A stretch of DNA of 64,000 nt, taken from the NCBI GenBank assembly GCA_018884035.1, contig JAHLFE010000017.1, forward strand, positions 55-64,054, in the 5' to 3' direction. The notes under the pieces are model-generated. The model made no database searches and had not been told where the DNA came from. It saw only the letters and a list, made by a program, of their open reading frames with translations. Source of the DNA: Candidatus Anaerobiospirillum pullicola. Lineage in GTDB: Bacteria > Pseudomonadota > Gammaproteobacteria > Enterobacterales > Succinivibrionaceae. The first letter of the stretch is position 1. Every line of letters begins with the position of its first letter. Both the position numbers and the translations under genes were made by a program. This document shows positions 11,948-22,073 of this stretch, one piece after another.

Positions 11948-13069
11948 ATGCGCATCTTGGTGACAGGTGCAGCCGGTTTCATCGGCATGCACCTCTGTGC
12001 TCACTTGCTGGCTTTGGGCCATCAAGTGGTAGGTTGCGATAACCTCTCTGATCTTAATTACGACCGTGAGCTCAAAATAGCCCGCCTCCGTCATCTGGGC
12101 TTAGACCTTAAAGCTCACTCTGACCTTTCTGCGGGCAGTACCCTCTGTCAAGAGCAGTTCACCTTTGTTAAGCTCGATCTATTAGACCATGAGGGCATCA
12201 CCAAGCTCATTACCAGCGCGCCCTTTGCGGTGGTCGTTAACCGCGCGGGCTTAGCTGGTGTTCGCCTCTCTACGAGCATACCGTAGCAGTACGTGCGCAC
12301 TAACGTCAATGGCTTTTTGCACGTGCTCGATGCTATCAGACTCTGTAAGCAGCAGAGCCCAGAGGCAGCAGCTCCACGCCTCATTATGGCCAGCTCTTCC
12401 TCTGTCTATGGTGATTGCACTGAGGTGCCTTTTTCCGAGAGCAACACTAACATCAGACCAAAGTCGGTGTACGCTGCCACAAAGTACATGGACGAGATCT
12501 TAGCTTACAGCTACGCCTTGCTTTATAACCTTGATATCGTTGCGCTGCGCTTTTTTACGGTGTATGGCTCATATGGGCGTCCTGATATGGCGCCGTGTAT
12601 CTTCCTGCAAGCCTTGCTTGAGGATAAAGAGATCACACTCTTCAATGGGGGACAATCACGCCGTGACTTTACCTACGTTGGCGATATCGTCACCGGCATC
12701 ACCAAGATCATTGAGCAGCATAAGCCACAACCTGCACAGCAGTCACTGCCACTGCTAATGCCACAGTCACAGGCAGCTGCAGCAGTGGCCACGTTGCCTG
12801 TGCCTTTTGCCGTCTATAACATCGGTAATGGCCATCCAATTGAGCTTTTTGCCTTTGTGCGCATCTTAGAGGAGATCTCCGGCAAGCACGCTAATATTAA
12901 GTTAGCACCTATGCCTCAGGGTGATGTTACCCAGACTTACGCCGATGTCTCCAAACTCGAGCGTGACTACCACTTTAGGCCACAGACGTCTCTGAGAGAG
13001 GGCTTGCAGGCCTTTTACGAGTGGTACTGCTCCTATTACGGCTATGATAAGCTGCATCACATTGGTTAG
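11948..13069 (+). pseudogene. UDP-glucuronate 4-epimerase-like SDR interrupted by an in-frame TAG at 12284-12286
   Basis: [13 protein letters not shown]...[20 protein letters not shown]...ASSSSVYG...YAATK...LRFFTVYG.YGRPDMA. The ORFs 11894-12286 and 12293-13069 are in one frame. Confidence 0.8.
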
Positions 13070-13182
13070 CCGCGCGCCTTTGCTGTAGCGCCGCTTATTA
13101 ACATCCAACCAACATCACCACTATCATCATCACCACCACCACCTTTTTGCCGTTTTCTGCACCCCTGCCATTTGAGGTCAGC

Positions 13183-14109
13183 ATGCCTAACCATCTGAGC
13201 TCTGGAGAGCCTCACAACTCACAGCAGCAGTCACAAAGCACCGCTACCATCATTGCCAACAGCACCAACAGCAACATTGCAGCGTCTTATCTGGCTGCCG
13301 CCACAGCAGCAAAAGCTGATGCGGTTGTGACACAGGACAACTCCGCCCCGCCTCTTAACTTAGCGGCGCAGTATGATCTCACCGTAGTGGTGCCCGTCTA
13401 TAACGAGCAAGAGAGCTTGCCCTCGCTCTTTAGTGCCTTACAGCAGTACGCGCAAAAGAGCTCGATGCGAGTGTGCTTCCTCTGTGTTAATGACGGCTCA
13501 GCTGATCGCTCTTTAGAGCTGATTGAGCAGCAGGTAGCCCATCATGAGCACTTCTACTACATCTCGCTTGAGCGGCGCACTGGCCTTACTGGCGCCTTAA
13601 AAGCGGGATTTCACTGTGCGACCACCCCATGGGTGGGCTACATCGATGCTGATTTGCAGACCTTTCCTGAGGACTTTGAGCTGCTGTGGCAAAAGCATGA
13701 GGAGGGTGACCTCATTTGCGGTATTCGCGCTAAGCGCCATGACTCATGGTCAAAGAAGATCCAGTCCCGCCTTGCCAATAAGATTCGCAATGCCATTACC
13801 CACGATGGTTTCTCTGATAACAATTGCCCCCTGAAGATCATGCGCACCTCACTTGCGCAGAGCCTGCCGCTGTTTAGTGGTATGCATCGCTTCTTACCAG
13901 CGTTGACGCTGTTACAGGAGAAAAAGGTGGTGGCCATTGCGGTGCGCCATCAAGAGCGTAAGCATGGCACCTCGAAGTTTAACTTCTTTAACCGCGCTTT
14001 TGCCGGTGCCTATGATTTGCTGGCCTTTGTGTGGATGCGCCGTCGCTATATTGCCCCAGTGGTTACGGCCAATAACCTCGGCATTAAGGAGTCACGGCGC
14101 ATCGATTAG
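13183..14109 (+). CDS. GT2 polyprenyl-phosphate glycosyltransferase (ArnC/DPM1-like)
   Basis: VVVPVYNEQESL, VNDGSAD, IDADLQT, GMHRFLPAL, HQERKHGTSKF; low-complexity N-terminal extension. Confidence 0.85.
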   Translation: MPNHLSSGEPHNSQQQSQSTATIIANSTNSNIAASYLAAATAAKADAVVTQDNSAPPLNLAAQYDLTVVVPVYNEQESLPSLFSALQQYAQKSSMRVCFLCVNDGSADRSLELIEQQVAHHEHFYYISLERRTGLTGALKAGFHCATTPWVGYIDADLQTFPEDFELLWQKHEEGDLICGIRAKRHDSWSKKIQSRLANKIRNAITHDGFSDNNCPLKIMRTSLAQSLPLFSGMHRFLPALTLLQEKKVVAIAVRHQERKHGTSKFNFFNRAFAGAYDLLAFVWMRRRYIAPVVTANNLGIKESRRID

Positions 14110-14124
14110 TGCCGCCATAAATGG

Positions 14125-14169
14125 CAGTAGAGACAGTAGAGACAGTAGAGACAGTAGGGACAGTAGGGG
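14125..14169 (+). repeat. 9-bp tandem repeat (CAGTAGRGR)x5
   Basis: cagtagaga x3, cagtaggga, cagtagggg. Confidence 0.85.
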
Positions 14170-14767
14170 AGGTCGTGACAGCAAGCTGCTGTACAACCAT
14201 GCCCCCGCCTAAGGACACAGCACCTCTCAAGAGGGGATAGCAGCACAGGCGCAGCTGCATCATGCGTCATTACTCTAAGTTGGAGATAGCTGCTATGAAT
14301 GTGTGGCGTCTGAGGACGTGAGTGGTGTTAGCGTGGAGTGGAATTGCTGGGTGAGGGGCGGGGGGCGTGCGGAGGCAGCGCCGCTCTGCTTAAAGTGGAG
14401 CACTGAAAGAAGCGGGCGATGATGGTGCGTGGTAGTGCAGCAAAACGACACACAATTAGCTTTTTCTTACACTGTGTGAACAACCGCTGAAAAAAGTGTT
14501 ATTGCTCACGTTTCCTTGCCGCAGCTCCTATATAATGGCCCAGCATAGAGTAGGGATAACCGTAACTGTGGGCAGCATTACGGCTCAAGCGGAGCGCGTG
14601 TAAGTACACATATTAAGCTTGGTGCTGAGGCCTTGCCCTGAGGAAACAGTGCGGTGGCTACTCTGGTCATTGCCGCTTTGTGGTGATGTGGTTGCTGTGT
14701 CTACTGCAGGTATTGCAGGGGATAACAGTTGCTGTAGAGATCTCTCAATTTAGTAGGATATCGTTGT

Positions 14768-16003
14768 ATGGGATTTGTTTGGTCTGACGTTAAGCCGTCC
14801 AAGCTGATCAATTCTAACCGTGCGGCTTTCTGGATTCCTGGTTTTGCGGTGGCCTCATGGGGCCCGTTCATTCCTTACGTCAAAGAGCGCTTTGCTCTCA
14901 CGGAGGATCACTTAGGCCTCTTACTCATGTGTATGGCCATTGGTGCCGCTGGCTCGATGTTTATTGCTAGTGGATTGATGGCCAAGTTTGGCTGCCGCCT
15001 AATGGCGCAAATTGGTGGCGTGATGGTCGCCTGCTGCTTAGCAGCTGTCACCATTGCCCCAAGCTACCATGTGCTGTGCGCTATTCTCATCATCTTTGGC
15101 TTTAATAGCGAGCTGTTAGCCATTGCCGCTAATGTCAATGCTGCCTCGTTAGAGCGCTTGCTTAACCGTAACATTATGTCCGGTTTGCATGGCGTTTACT
15201 CTTTAGGCAACAGTGTAGGCGTTTTCCTTGTGGCCTTATTCTTAGGCTCGGGACTTACCTTTATGATGGGCAACCTCCTGCTTACCTCTTGCGTGGTGTC
15301 GGTGCTGATCATCCTCTACTGCGCCTTAATTGGTAGCCGCTACATGCTTACCGATCTTAAGGTTGTAGATGACGCTGCCCATAAGAACGAGGTAGATGCT
15401 GCTAATACGCAGAAAAAGGGCCCATTTATCACCCCAATGTTGTTCTTGCTGGGCCTTATTTGCTTCATCATGTTCATTACCGAGGGCTCCATGCTCGACT
15501 GGACGGGCGTGTTCTTAAACACCATTCGTGGCGTGCCCCTGCATGAAGCTGGTTATGGCTTTGCTGCCTTCTCGATCATGATGACAATCTGCCGCTTAAC
15601 CGGTGATAAGGTCGTAGCTACCTTAGGGCGGCGCCGTGTGTTGGTCATGGGCGCCATTATTGTGATCGCGGGTATATGCTTAGCGGTGATGGTGCCACAC
15701 CCAATGGTAGCCATTGTTGGTTTTGGTATAGTGGGCTTAGGCGCCGCTAACATTGTGCCGCAGACCATTTCTTATGCCGCTACCGTCAAGGAAGTTCCGA
15801 TCCAGCGCAGTGTGCTGGTGGTGAACGCCATTGGTTATATTGGCGGGCTCTTAGGCCCAGCGCTGATTGGCTTTATTGCGCACCGTATTGGTCTTGAGTT
15901 CACCTTCTTAATCTTAGCAGCGGCGGTGATCGTGGTGGGTGTTATTGCCTACACCAAGATTAGAAGTGGCAACATTGCTACGCTGACCGCAGCGGCAGCC
16001 TAA
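14768..16003 (+). CDS. MFS transporter (YbjJ-like)
   Basis: 12-TM pattern; W.PFIP.VK, MSGLHG.YS.G, TEGSMLDW, GP.LIGF.A. Confidence 0.85.
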   Translation: MGFVWSDVKPSKLINSNRAAFWIPGFAVASWGPFIPYVKERFALTEDHLGLLLMCMAIGAAGSMFIASGLMAKFGCRLMAQIGGVMVACCLAAVTIAPSYHVLCAILIIFGFNSELLAIAANVNAASLERLLNRNIMSGLHGVYSLGNSVGVFLVALFLGSGLTFMMGNLLLTSCVVSVLIILYCALIGSRYMLTDLKVVDDAAHKNEVDAANTQKKGPFITPMLFLLGLICFIMFITEGSMLDWTGVFLNTIRGVPLHEAGYGFAAFSIMMTICRLTGDKVVATLGRRRVLVMGAIIVIAGICLAVMVPHPMVAIVGFGIVGLGAANIVPQTISYAATVKEVPIQRSVLVVNAIGYIGGLLGPALIGFIAHRIGLEFTFLILAAAVIVVGVIAYTKIRSGNIATLTAAAA

Positions 16004-16519
16004 GCAAGGCTTAGAGTAGGTCTTTTTGCCCAAAAATCGATTTCTACAAGGGAGAGTACTCCACCACCGCAGAAAAAGCTCTGTGAGTGTACTGAGGTTG
16101 AGTTTGTAGGTGAGTGGGGAGGCAAGTAAGCGCAGGGCGCAAAGCAACTCAAATACAGGGGGAGGCACAGTGCGGGAAGAGGATGTGGATACACGTTTGT
16201 CACCGCGTGGAGCTCACTCCTTTTGGCGTTACAGCTACGCATAGACAGCCGGTTTCGGTCAGGAAATTGTGGTCATAATGGTGGGCATGACTGTGCGTGC
16301 TTGCTTACTGTAGCCACGAAGCTGTAAGCACCATAAGCCGCATCTGCTGCCGTCGTACAGGTAAGTAGTTGCGTTTGTCCTGAGCTGCGCACGATTAACT
16401 TAAAGGATTAAGTGACGCCGCTTGCTATAATTTGCGCTTAAGGTAAAAGCAGCTGCGCTTTCTCTACATACTGCCCTTGTAGTTGGTTAGTTCGGTTATT
16501 TTGGTAGTGTAGGTCGTTT

Positions 16520-17776
16520 ATGGCCAGATCTCTCGAAGAGAGAAGAATGATCTTCTCGAATCGTGTCTCCTTTTGGCTTGCGGGCTTCTGCCTCGCAGCG
16601 TGGGCACCAATGATCCCTTATGTGAAGGATCGTTTTGCTCTTGACGAGCACGACTTAGGCTTGCTCTTATTGTGTGTGGGTATTGGCTCGTTTATCTCGA
16701 TGCCAACCTCAGGCTACCTCTCCTCACGTTTTGGTTGCCGTCTGCCGATTTACGCTTCGGCCTTTGTCGTGGCGGCGTGCCTTGTCGGCATCCCATGGAT
16801 CACTGATATCAATGTGTTGCGTGTGGTGCTATTTGTCATGGGCATTGCGGCGGTGGCCTTGGATGTGATCTCCAACATCAATGCCGCCTTAGCCGAGCAA
16901 GTCTCCAAGCGCAACATTATGTCCGGTCTGCACGGCCTCTACAGCGTTGGTGGCTTCTGTGGTGCGCTCAGTGTGACCTTTTTGCTCAGTATTAACCTGC
17001 CACTGGGCTGGACGGGCGTGTATGCGGCGGTGCTGTTAGTGGCCGGTATTCTTTTGGGCGGCCGCTATCTCTTTACCACGGTGCACATCCCTAAGGATGA
17101 CTCTGAGGCCACTGAGGACAGCGCTGATGGTGCTGCAGCCGGGCAGGGCGCTGCATCTACTGAGGCTAAGGGCAGTGTGTTGCGTCACTACTTCCACCCA
17201 ATGGTCTTATTCATGGGCGTGATGTGCTTTATCATGTTCATGACCGAGGGCTCGATCTTAGACTGGTCGGGTGTGTTCTTACACTCGGAGCGTGGCGTGT
17301 CCTTAGAGCATGCTGGTTATGGCTATGCGGCTTTTGCTATTGCCATGACTGTCTGCCGCCTTTTAGGTGACCGCGTGGTTACGACTTTTGGTCGCTCTAA
17401 GGTCATTATCATAGGCACCTTATGCATTGTCTGCGGCTTTACGCTGGCTGTGATGGTGCCTTCGCTGATTACGGCTTTACTGGGCTTTGTGCTGATTGGT
17501 ATTGGTGCCAGTAATGTGGTGCCACAGCTGGTGTCGATTTGCGCCAAAATTCCAGAGGTACCAACCCACATCTCCGTGACCGTGGTCAATGCCATTGGCT
17601 TTACGGGGGTGCTCATTGGCCCTGCGTTAATTGGCTTTTTAGCCCACGCGATTACCCTGCCTAAGACCTACCTCGTGCAGGCTTTCTTAGTGTTCTGTGT
17701 CACGGTGATGAGCATCATGCTGATGCGGGCGCTCAAAAAGAAGCTGCCAGATGCTATTGGGGGCAAAAAGCATTAG
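16520..17776 (+). CDS. MFS transporter (YbjJ-like), tandem paralog of the previous gene
   Basis: Same motifs: WAPMIPYVK, RNIMSGLHG, TEGSILDWSGVFL. Confidence 0.85.
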   Translation: MARSLEERRMIFSNRVSFWLAGFCLAAWAPMIPYVKDRFALDEHDLGLLLLCVGIGSFISMPTSGYLSSRFGCRLPIYASAFVVAACLVGIPWITDINVLRVVLFVMGIAAVALDVISNINAALAEQVSKRNIMSGLHGLYSVGGFCGALSVTFLLSINLPLGWTGVYAAVLLVAGILLGGRYLFTTVHIPKDDSEATEDSADGAAAGQGAASTEAKGSVLRHYFHPMVLFMGVMCFIMFMTEGSILDWSGVFLHSERGVSLEHAGYGYAAFAIAMTVCRLLGDRVVTTFGRSKVIIIGTLCIVCGFTLAVMVPSLITALLGFVLIGIGASNVVPQLVSICAKIPEVPTHISVTVVNAIGFTGVLIGPALIGFLAHAITLPKTYLVQAFLVFCVTVMSIMLMRALKKKLPDAIGGKKH

Positions 17777-18328
17777 CTCAGCGCAAGCGCTAAGCGCTCG
17801 CTGAAGAGCGGGTGATGACAAAGGCTGCACTGCTTTCGGTTCTGCTTGAAGTGGTGTGGCCTTTGTCTTTTTTAGGGGAGTAGTGGGTAAGTCCAGTGGT
17901 TCAAAGCAGGCGCCGCCAGCTACGTTGCTACCGTCATCACCGCCACCGCTCATCACCGCAAAACCAACTCGAGGTAATGGTGGCTTTGGGGCCTACGCAT
18001 GTGCGCTTTTAGCTTACTCCCAAGACTTCCCTGAGCCGCTGCACTCTCTTTGTGATAACTCTCCGAGAGGGAAGGCAAGAGCTACGCTGCTTACTGTGCG
18101 TGCGTAGCGCACATCCTTGTCATGATTCACTTCGAGATAAGGGCGCCGCATGGCGCTTATCTCTAAGAGCAGCGCCTTGCTCGCGCTACTCCAGAGGCAT
18201 GGAACCGTTCTCACGTTCTGTAAGCAGCTAACGCTACTCATTGATGGCAGTATTGGCCTTTGGGCCGCATGCTCTAAGTGATACGTTTAGCCCTGTAGCG
18301 TTTGTTTGCCACGCTCCCACCGCAAAAA

Positions 18329-18363
18329 CAAAGGCCGCAGCAAGCTTACACCTGCTACGGCCT
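18329..18363 (-). terminator. probable intrinsic terminator of mrcA
   Basis: AGGCCGCAGCA...TGCTACGGCCT hairpin preceded on + by an A-rich run (T run on the minus strand). Confidence 0.5.
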
Positions 18364-18407
18364 CAGTCCTTTCACCGCGTGCTCTGGCTTGCCAGAGCTA
18401 CCCTTAC

Positions 18408-21400
18408 TTAGAAGATGCCCTCTTCCTCGCTCACATCCGAGCTATCAATACCCGTGTTAGCCACGCTGCCTGCTGACGAGCCATCGTCAATCACGCGCGT
18501 GTTAGGTAAAGCAGGCTCGGTAATGCCGCGATTGCGGGTAATACGTAAGCCCGTAGGCTGGGCAATCGGCGTCGACTCCACACCCTCTTGAGCGTTCTTA
18601 AAGAATTCCGCCCATACTGGCAGAGCCGTCGCACTACCACCCTCAGAGCCACGAATGCGGGCATAACCTAAATCACGGTCATTATCAAAGCCCACCCACG
18701 TGGTCACCACAAGGTTGCCATTAAAGCCCGAGAACCACGCATCGTGGATGTTATTGGTTGTACCAGTCTTACCATAGAGGTCATCACGGCCAGTAATGGT
18801 AGCGGCACGGGCACCCGTACCCCAGAAGCGCTCACCGGCTAAGTTGCGGCCACCGTAAATGTTGGTGTGGAGGAGCGTTGACATCAGATAGGAGTGACCG
18901 TGGCTTACGATCTGTAAGGCCTTATCACCCAGCGGATTAGGCTGCGCTAAGCGGTCTAAGTCCATTAAGATCGCACCCGAGGCGGCCTTAGGATCATTTA
19001 CCGGATTGCTGTTGAGTGCATTGGCCTGTGCTTCATGCGCAGCATTAAGTGCTGCAGCCGCTTTCTCGGCTTGCTCTGCACTGCTAAGCTGAATCTCACT
19101 TAAGGAGCCATCAGCGTTTAAGACTGTACCCTCAGGGCTAATGGTAGTACCAGTGCTAGCAGCGGCAGCAGCCAGCTCCGCATCTTCCATGGAGATACCC
19201 GTAGCATCTGCGGCAGCCTTTGCTCCGATGTGACGGAGGATATACTGATCAAAGTTATTCACGCGTTCTGCAAGATCGCGCTCAGCGGCATTAGGCTGGT
19301 AGTTTGGGCTATAGACCAGTGGAATCGCATTTTCGATCACATTAGGCTGCGTGGCATCAGCGTATTGTGGGTGCGCTTGGTAGATGACCTCACCGTTTTC
19401 TAAGGTGATATGGTCAATGAGATATGGCGTTAAGCGGTAGCCACCATTAGCAAAGACGGCAAAGGAGCTGGCCACCTGCAATGGGGTTAACTCTACCGAG
19501 CCTAAGGCCATCGACTCACTTTGCTGGAAGCGAGGGACGTAAATACCAAACTTACGTAAGTGCTCCACAGCGTTTTGCACACCCACATGGCGAATGGTAC
19601 GAATCGCAATGGAGTTCTTGGACTTAGCCAAACCCTCACGAATGGTCATCAAGCCCTCAAAGCGGTTCGGTGAGTTCGTAGGTTGCCACCAGCGCCGTGA
19701 GCCCACGTCCCAAGTGCGAATCGGCACATCAGGTAAGACCGAGTTTAAGGCGAGGCCATAAGCTACTGCCGAGGAGTAGATAAAAGGCTTAAAGTTAGAG
19801 CCCGTTTGCCGTAAAAGCTGCGTCGTGCGGTTGAACTTGCTCTTCTCAAAATCAAAGCCACCGGCCATGGCGCGCACAGCACCGCTCTTTGGATCTAAAG
19901 CAATGAGAGCGCTTTCTACGTCCGGAAGCTGCGTTAAGGTCAGCACCTCGTAAGTCTGCGGCGTCTCATTTCTCTTCTTTGGCTGGGTGGTCTTGGTTTG
20001 CACGTAGGTAAAGACCAAGTCACCTGGCAGTAAGAATTCGCTTGGTAAGTTTGGTGCGCCACCTTGATTGCGGTCGGTCTTAAAGGCACGCGCCCAGTCC
20101 ATACCCTCCCACGTAAGAGGCAACTGTGCCCCCGTGCCATCTAAGAGTAAGGCGGTCTTATTGATATCGTCTACTGCTAGCACTAAGGCTGGCTTCAAGC
20201 TGCGATACTTGTCCTCAGCGTTAATGCGCGCGAGCACGTTCTCCATGCCGTGAGTAGAGAAATCGGCAATGATGAGGCGCTGACTATCCACCGCAGCAAT
20301 AATTTGCTCATAGTCGTAGCTTTGGTTCGCTTGCGTGTATTGGTCAATAAGCGCCTGACGGGCACTCATGATGAGGCCGTTATTGGCATTAGCACCAGCA
20401 CCATTCTTTTCCGTTGGTACCTTAGACGAGCCTCGGATACCACGGGTGCTATCAAAGATGTTAAACAGCGGGCCACGATAGCCATGGCGCATATCGTAGG
20501 CAGTAATGTTGTTGAAGATAGCCTGATGGGCAAATTCTTGATAGCGCGAGTCTACAGTGGTGTAGATCTTAAAGCCCTTAATGTAGGCATCAGTGCCGTA
20601 CTTGTTGATAACAGCCTGACGGGCTTCTTCTGCTACATATGGGGCATAGGCCTCTAATGGGGCCGAGTGGAAGGTAGCCTTAGCAGGGGCGGCATCAGCC
20701 TCTCTAAACTCCTCAGGAGTGATATACCCTAAGGTCAGCATACGTTGCAGCACTAAGTGGCGACGCTCTTTAGCACGCTGTGGATTGGTGATTGGGTTTA
20801 AGGTCGAAGGGGCCTTTGGTAAACCGGCAATGGTCGCAATCTCGGCTAAGGTCAGCTGATCTAAGGTCTTACCATAGTAAGTTTGCGCCGCAGCCACGAC
20901 ACCATAAGAGCGGTGGCCTAAGGCGATCTTATTAAGATAGAGCTCGAGGATCTCTTGCTTAGAGAGCACCTGCTCCATACGCCATGCGATGAACATCTCC
21001 TTAACCTTACGCTCGATGGTGCGATCGCGGGTTAAAAAGAAGTTGCGGGCTACCTGTTGGGTAATGGTAGAGGCGCCTTGAGAGGCACCTCCTGAGGTGG
21101 CAGCCACAGCCACGGCACGTAAGATACCGATAGGGTCGACACCAGAGTGCTCATAGAAGCGGCTATCCTCAATGGCAAGAAAGGCCTGCTGCATCTTAAG
21201 AGGAATCTGGTCTAAGGACACAGGGATGCGCTTGTGTTCGCCGAACTCACCGATGAGCTTGCCATCTTGGGTGTAGATCTTCATTGGCGTCTCAAAGCTC
21301 ACATGCTTGAGCTCTTTGACGTCTGGTAACTCATCTAAGGTCGAGTAGTAGGAAGCGGCGACAGCGGTGCCCGTGATGGTAGAGCTGATGAGTCCAGCCC

Positions 21401-21440
21401 AGAGCGTCAGCTGCACAAACTTAAAGGCTTTGACTAACAC
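18408..21440 (-). CDS. mrcA: penicillin-binding protein 1A (transglycosylase/transpeptidase)
   Basis: EDSRFYEHSG, GASTITQQ, SNFK (SxxK), SKN, KTG motifs; syntenic with aroK. Confidence 0.95.
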   Translation of the reverse strand: MLVKAFKFVQLTLWAGLISSTITGTAVAASYYSTLDELPDVKELKHVSFETPMKIYTQDGKLIGEFGEHKRIPVSLDQIPLKMQQAFLAIEDSRFYEHSGVDPIGILRAVAVAATSGGASQGASTITQQVARNFFLTRDRTIERKVKEMFIAWRMEQVLSKQEILELYLNKIALGHRSYGVVAAAQTYYGKTLDQLTLAEIATIAGLPKAPSTLNPITNPQRAKERRHLVLQRMLTLGYITPEEFREADAAPAKATFHSAPLEAYAPYVAEEARQAVINKYGTDAYIKGFKIYTTVDSRYQEFAHQAIFNNITAYDMRHGYRGPLFNIFDSTRGIRGSSKVPTEKNGAGANANNGLIMSARQALIDQYTQANQSYDYEQIIAAVDSQRLIIADFSTHGMENVLARINAEDKYRSLKPALVLAVDDINKTALLLDGTGAQLPLTWEGMDWARAFKTDRNQGGAPNLPSEFLLPGDLVFTYVQTKTTQPKKRNETPQTYEVLTLTQLPDVESALIALDPKSGAVRAMAGGFDFEKSKFNRTTQLLRQTGSNFKPFIYSSAVAYGLALNSVLPDVPIRTWDVGSRRWWQPTNSPNRFEGLMTIREGLAKSKNSIAIRTIRHVGVQNAVEHLRKFGIYVPRFQQSESMALGSVELTPLQVASSFAVFANGGYRLTPYLIDHITLENGEVIYQAHPQYADATQPNVIENAIPLVYSPNYQPNAAERDLAERVNNFDQYILRHIGAKAAADATGISMEDAELAAAAASTGTTISPEGTVLNADGSLSEIQLSSAEQAEKAAAALNAAHEAQANALNSNPVNDPKAASGAILMDLDRLAQPNPLGDKALQIVSHGHSYLMSTLLHTNIYGGRNLAGERFWGTGARAATITGRDDLYGKTGTTNNIHDAWFSGFNGNLVVTTWVGFDNDRDLGYARIRGSEGGSATALPVWAEFFKNAQEGVESTPIAQPTGLRITRNRGITEPALPNTRVIDDGSSAGSVANTGIDSSDVSEEEGIF

Positions 21441-21644
21441 ACGAGATCCCTCGGTATTACGAACGAAAAAAAATTAACCGCTTATTTTAGCAAATAAGCC
21501 TTGGGGCGCGGGCCAAGGATGTTGTAAGTGTTAGGTGTTATGGTGCACGATTGGCGATCATAAGCCGTTTCAAGGTCGTGGCCTCATTTGAAATGTGCGG
21601 TGCTTGAGCGCGGCACCTTAAGGTAGGGCAGTGGCAAACACCTA

Positions 21645-21785
21645 GTGATGGAGTTTAAAAGTATTTACCACCAAGCTGCGCATGATACCCTTAATGACAA
21701 ACCGCTAATACAAGCCATTCCATAGTGATCTCCACTAAAGATCGCTTATTGGTGTGGCTCGGCAAATACTTTTGAACTCCATCAG
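21645..21785. mobile_element. MITE family E, copy 1 (141 bp, 25-bp TIR, TA flanks)
   Basis: TA|GTGATGGAGTTTAAAAGTATTTACC...GGCAAATACTTTTGAACTCCATCAG|TA; inverted homolog at 45309-45448. Confidence 0.85.
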
Positions 21786-22073
21786 TAGGGAATAGAGCAC
21801 AGCGTCAGCGCAGCTTTATCGCGCTATTTAGTGCACCGGCGTATGTCACAGCACAGAAAATTCGCCATGGAGGCGAAAAATAAGGCACAATGGGCGCCTA
21901 AATGTTGCCGCGTCTTAGCGCGGCGTGCCGCAGCTTTATTACCACAGCAAATTGCCCACATGTGTGCGTGTGCACGCCCTAAAGGCACTAAAAGGCAGGA
22001 GTTACGCCCGTTATGGCATAAGCTCTGGCATCTTTTGCTTGCACAGGGATCAAATCACAGGATCAGGAATTCT

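Noticed and set aside
12284..12286. Pyrrolysine or genome-wide TAG recoding
   Set aside because: TAG is the normal stop of many intact genes here (aroK, aroB, hldE, parE), and no pyl genes are visible.
21831..22073. N-terminal extension of AroK in the ORF track
   Set aside because: No kinase similarity; ATG 22074 has an AGGA RBS and precedes the P-loop. The upstream extensions of nudF, pyrC, ACP and LAB_N were trimmed for the same reason.
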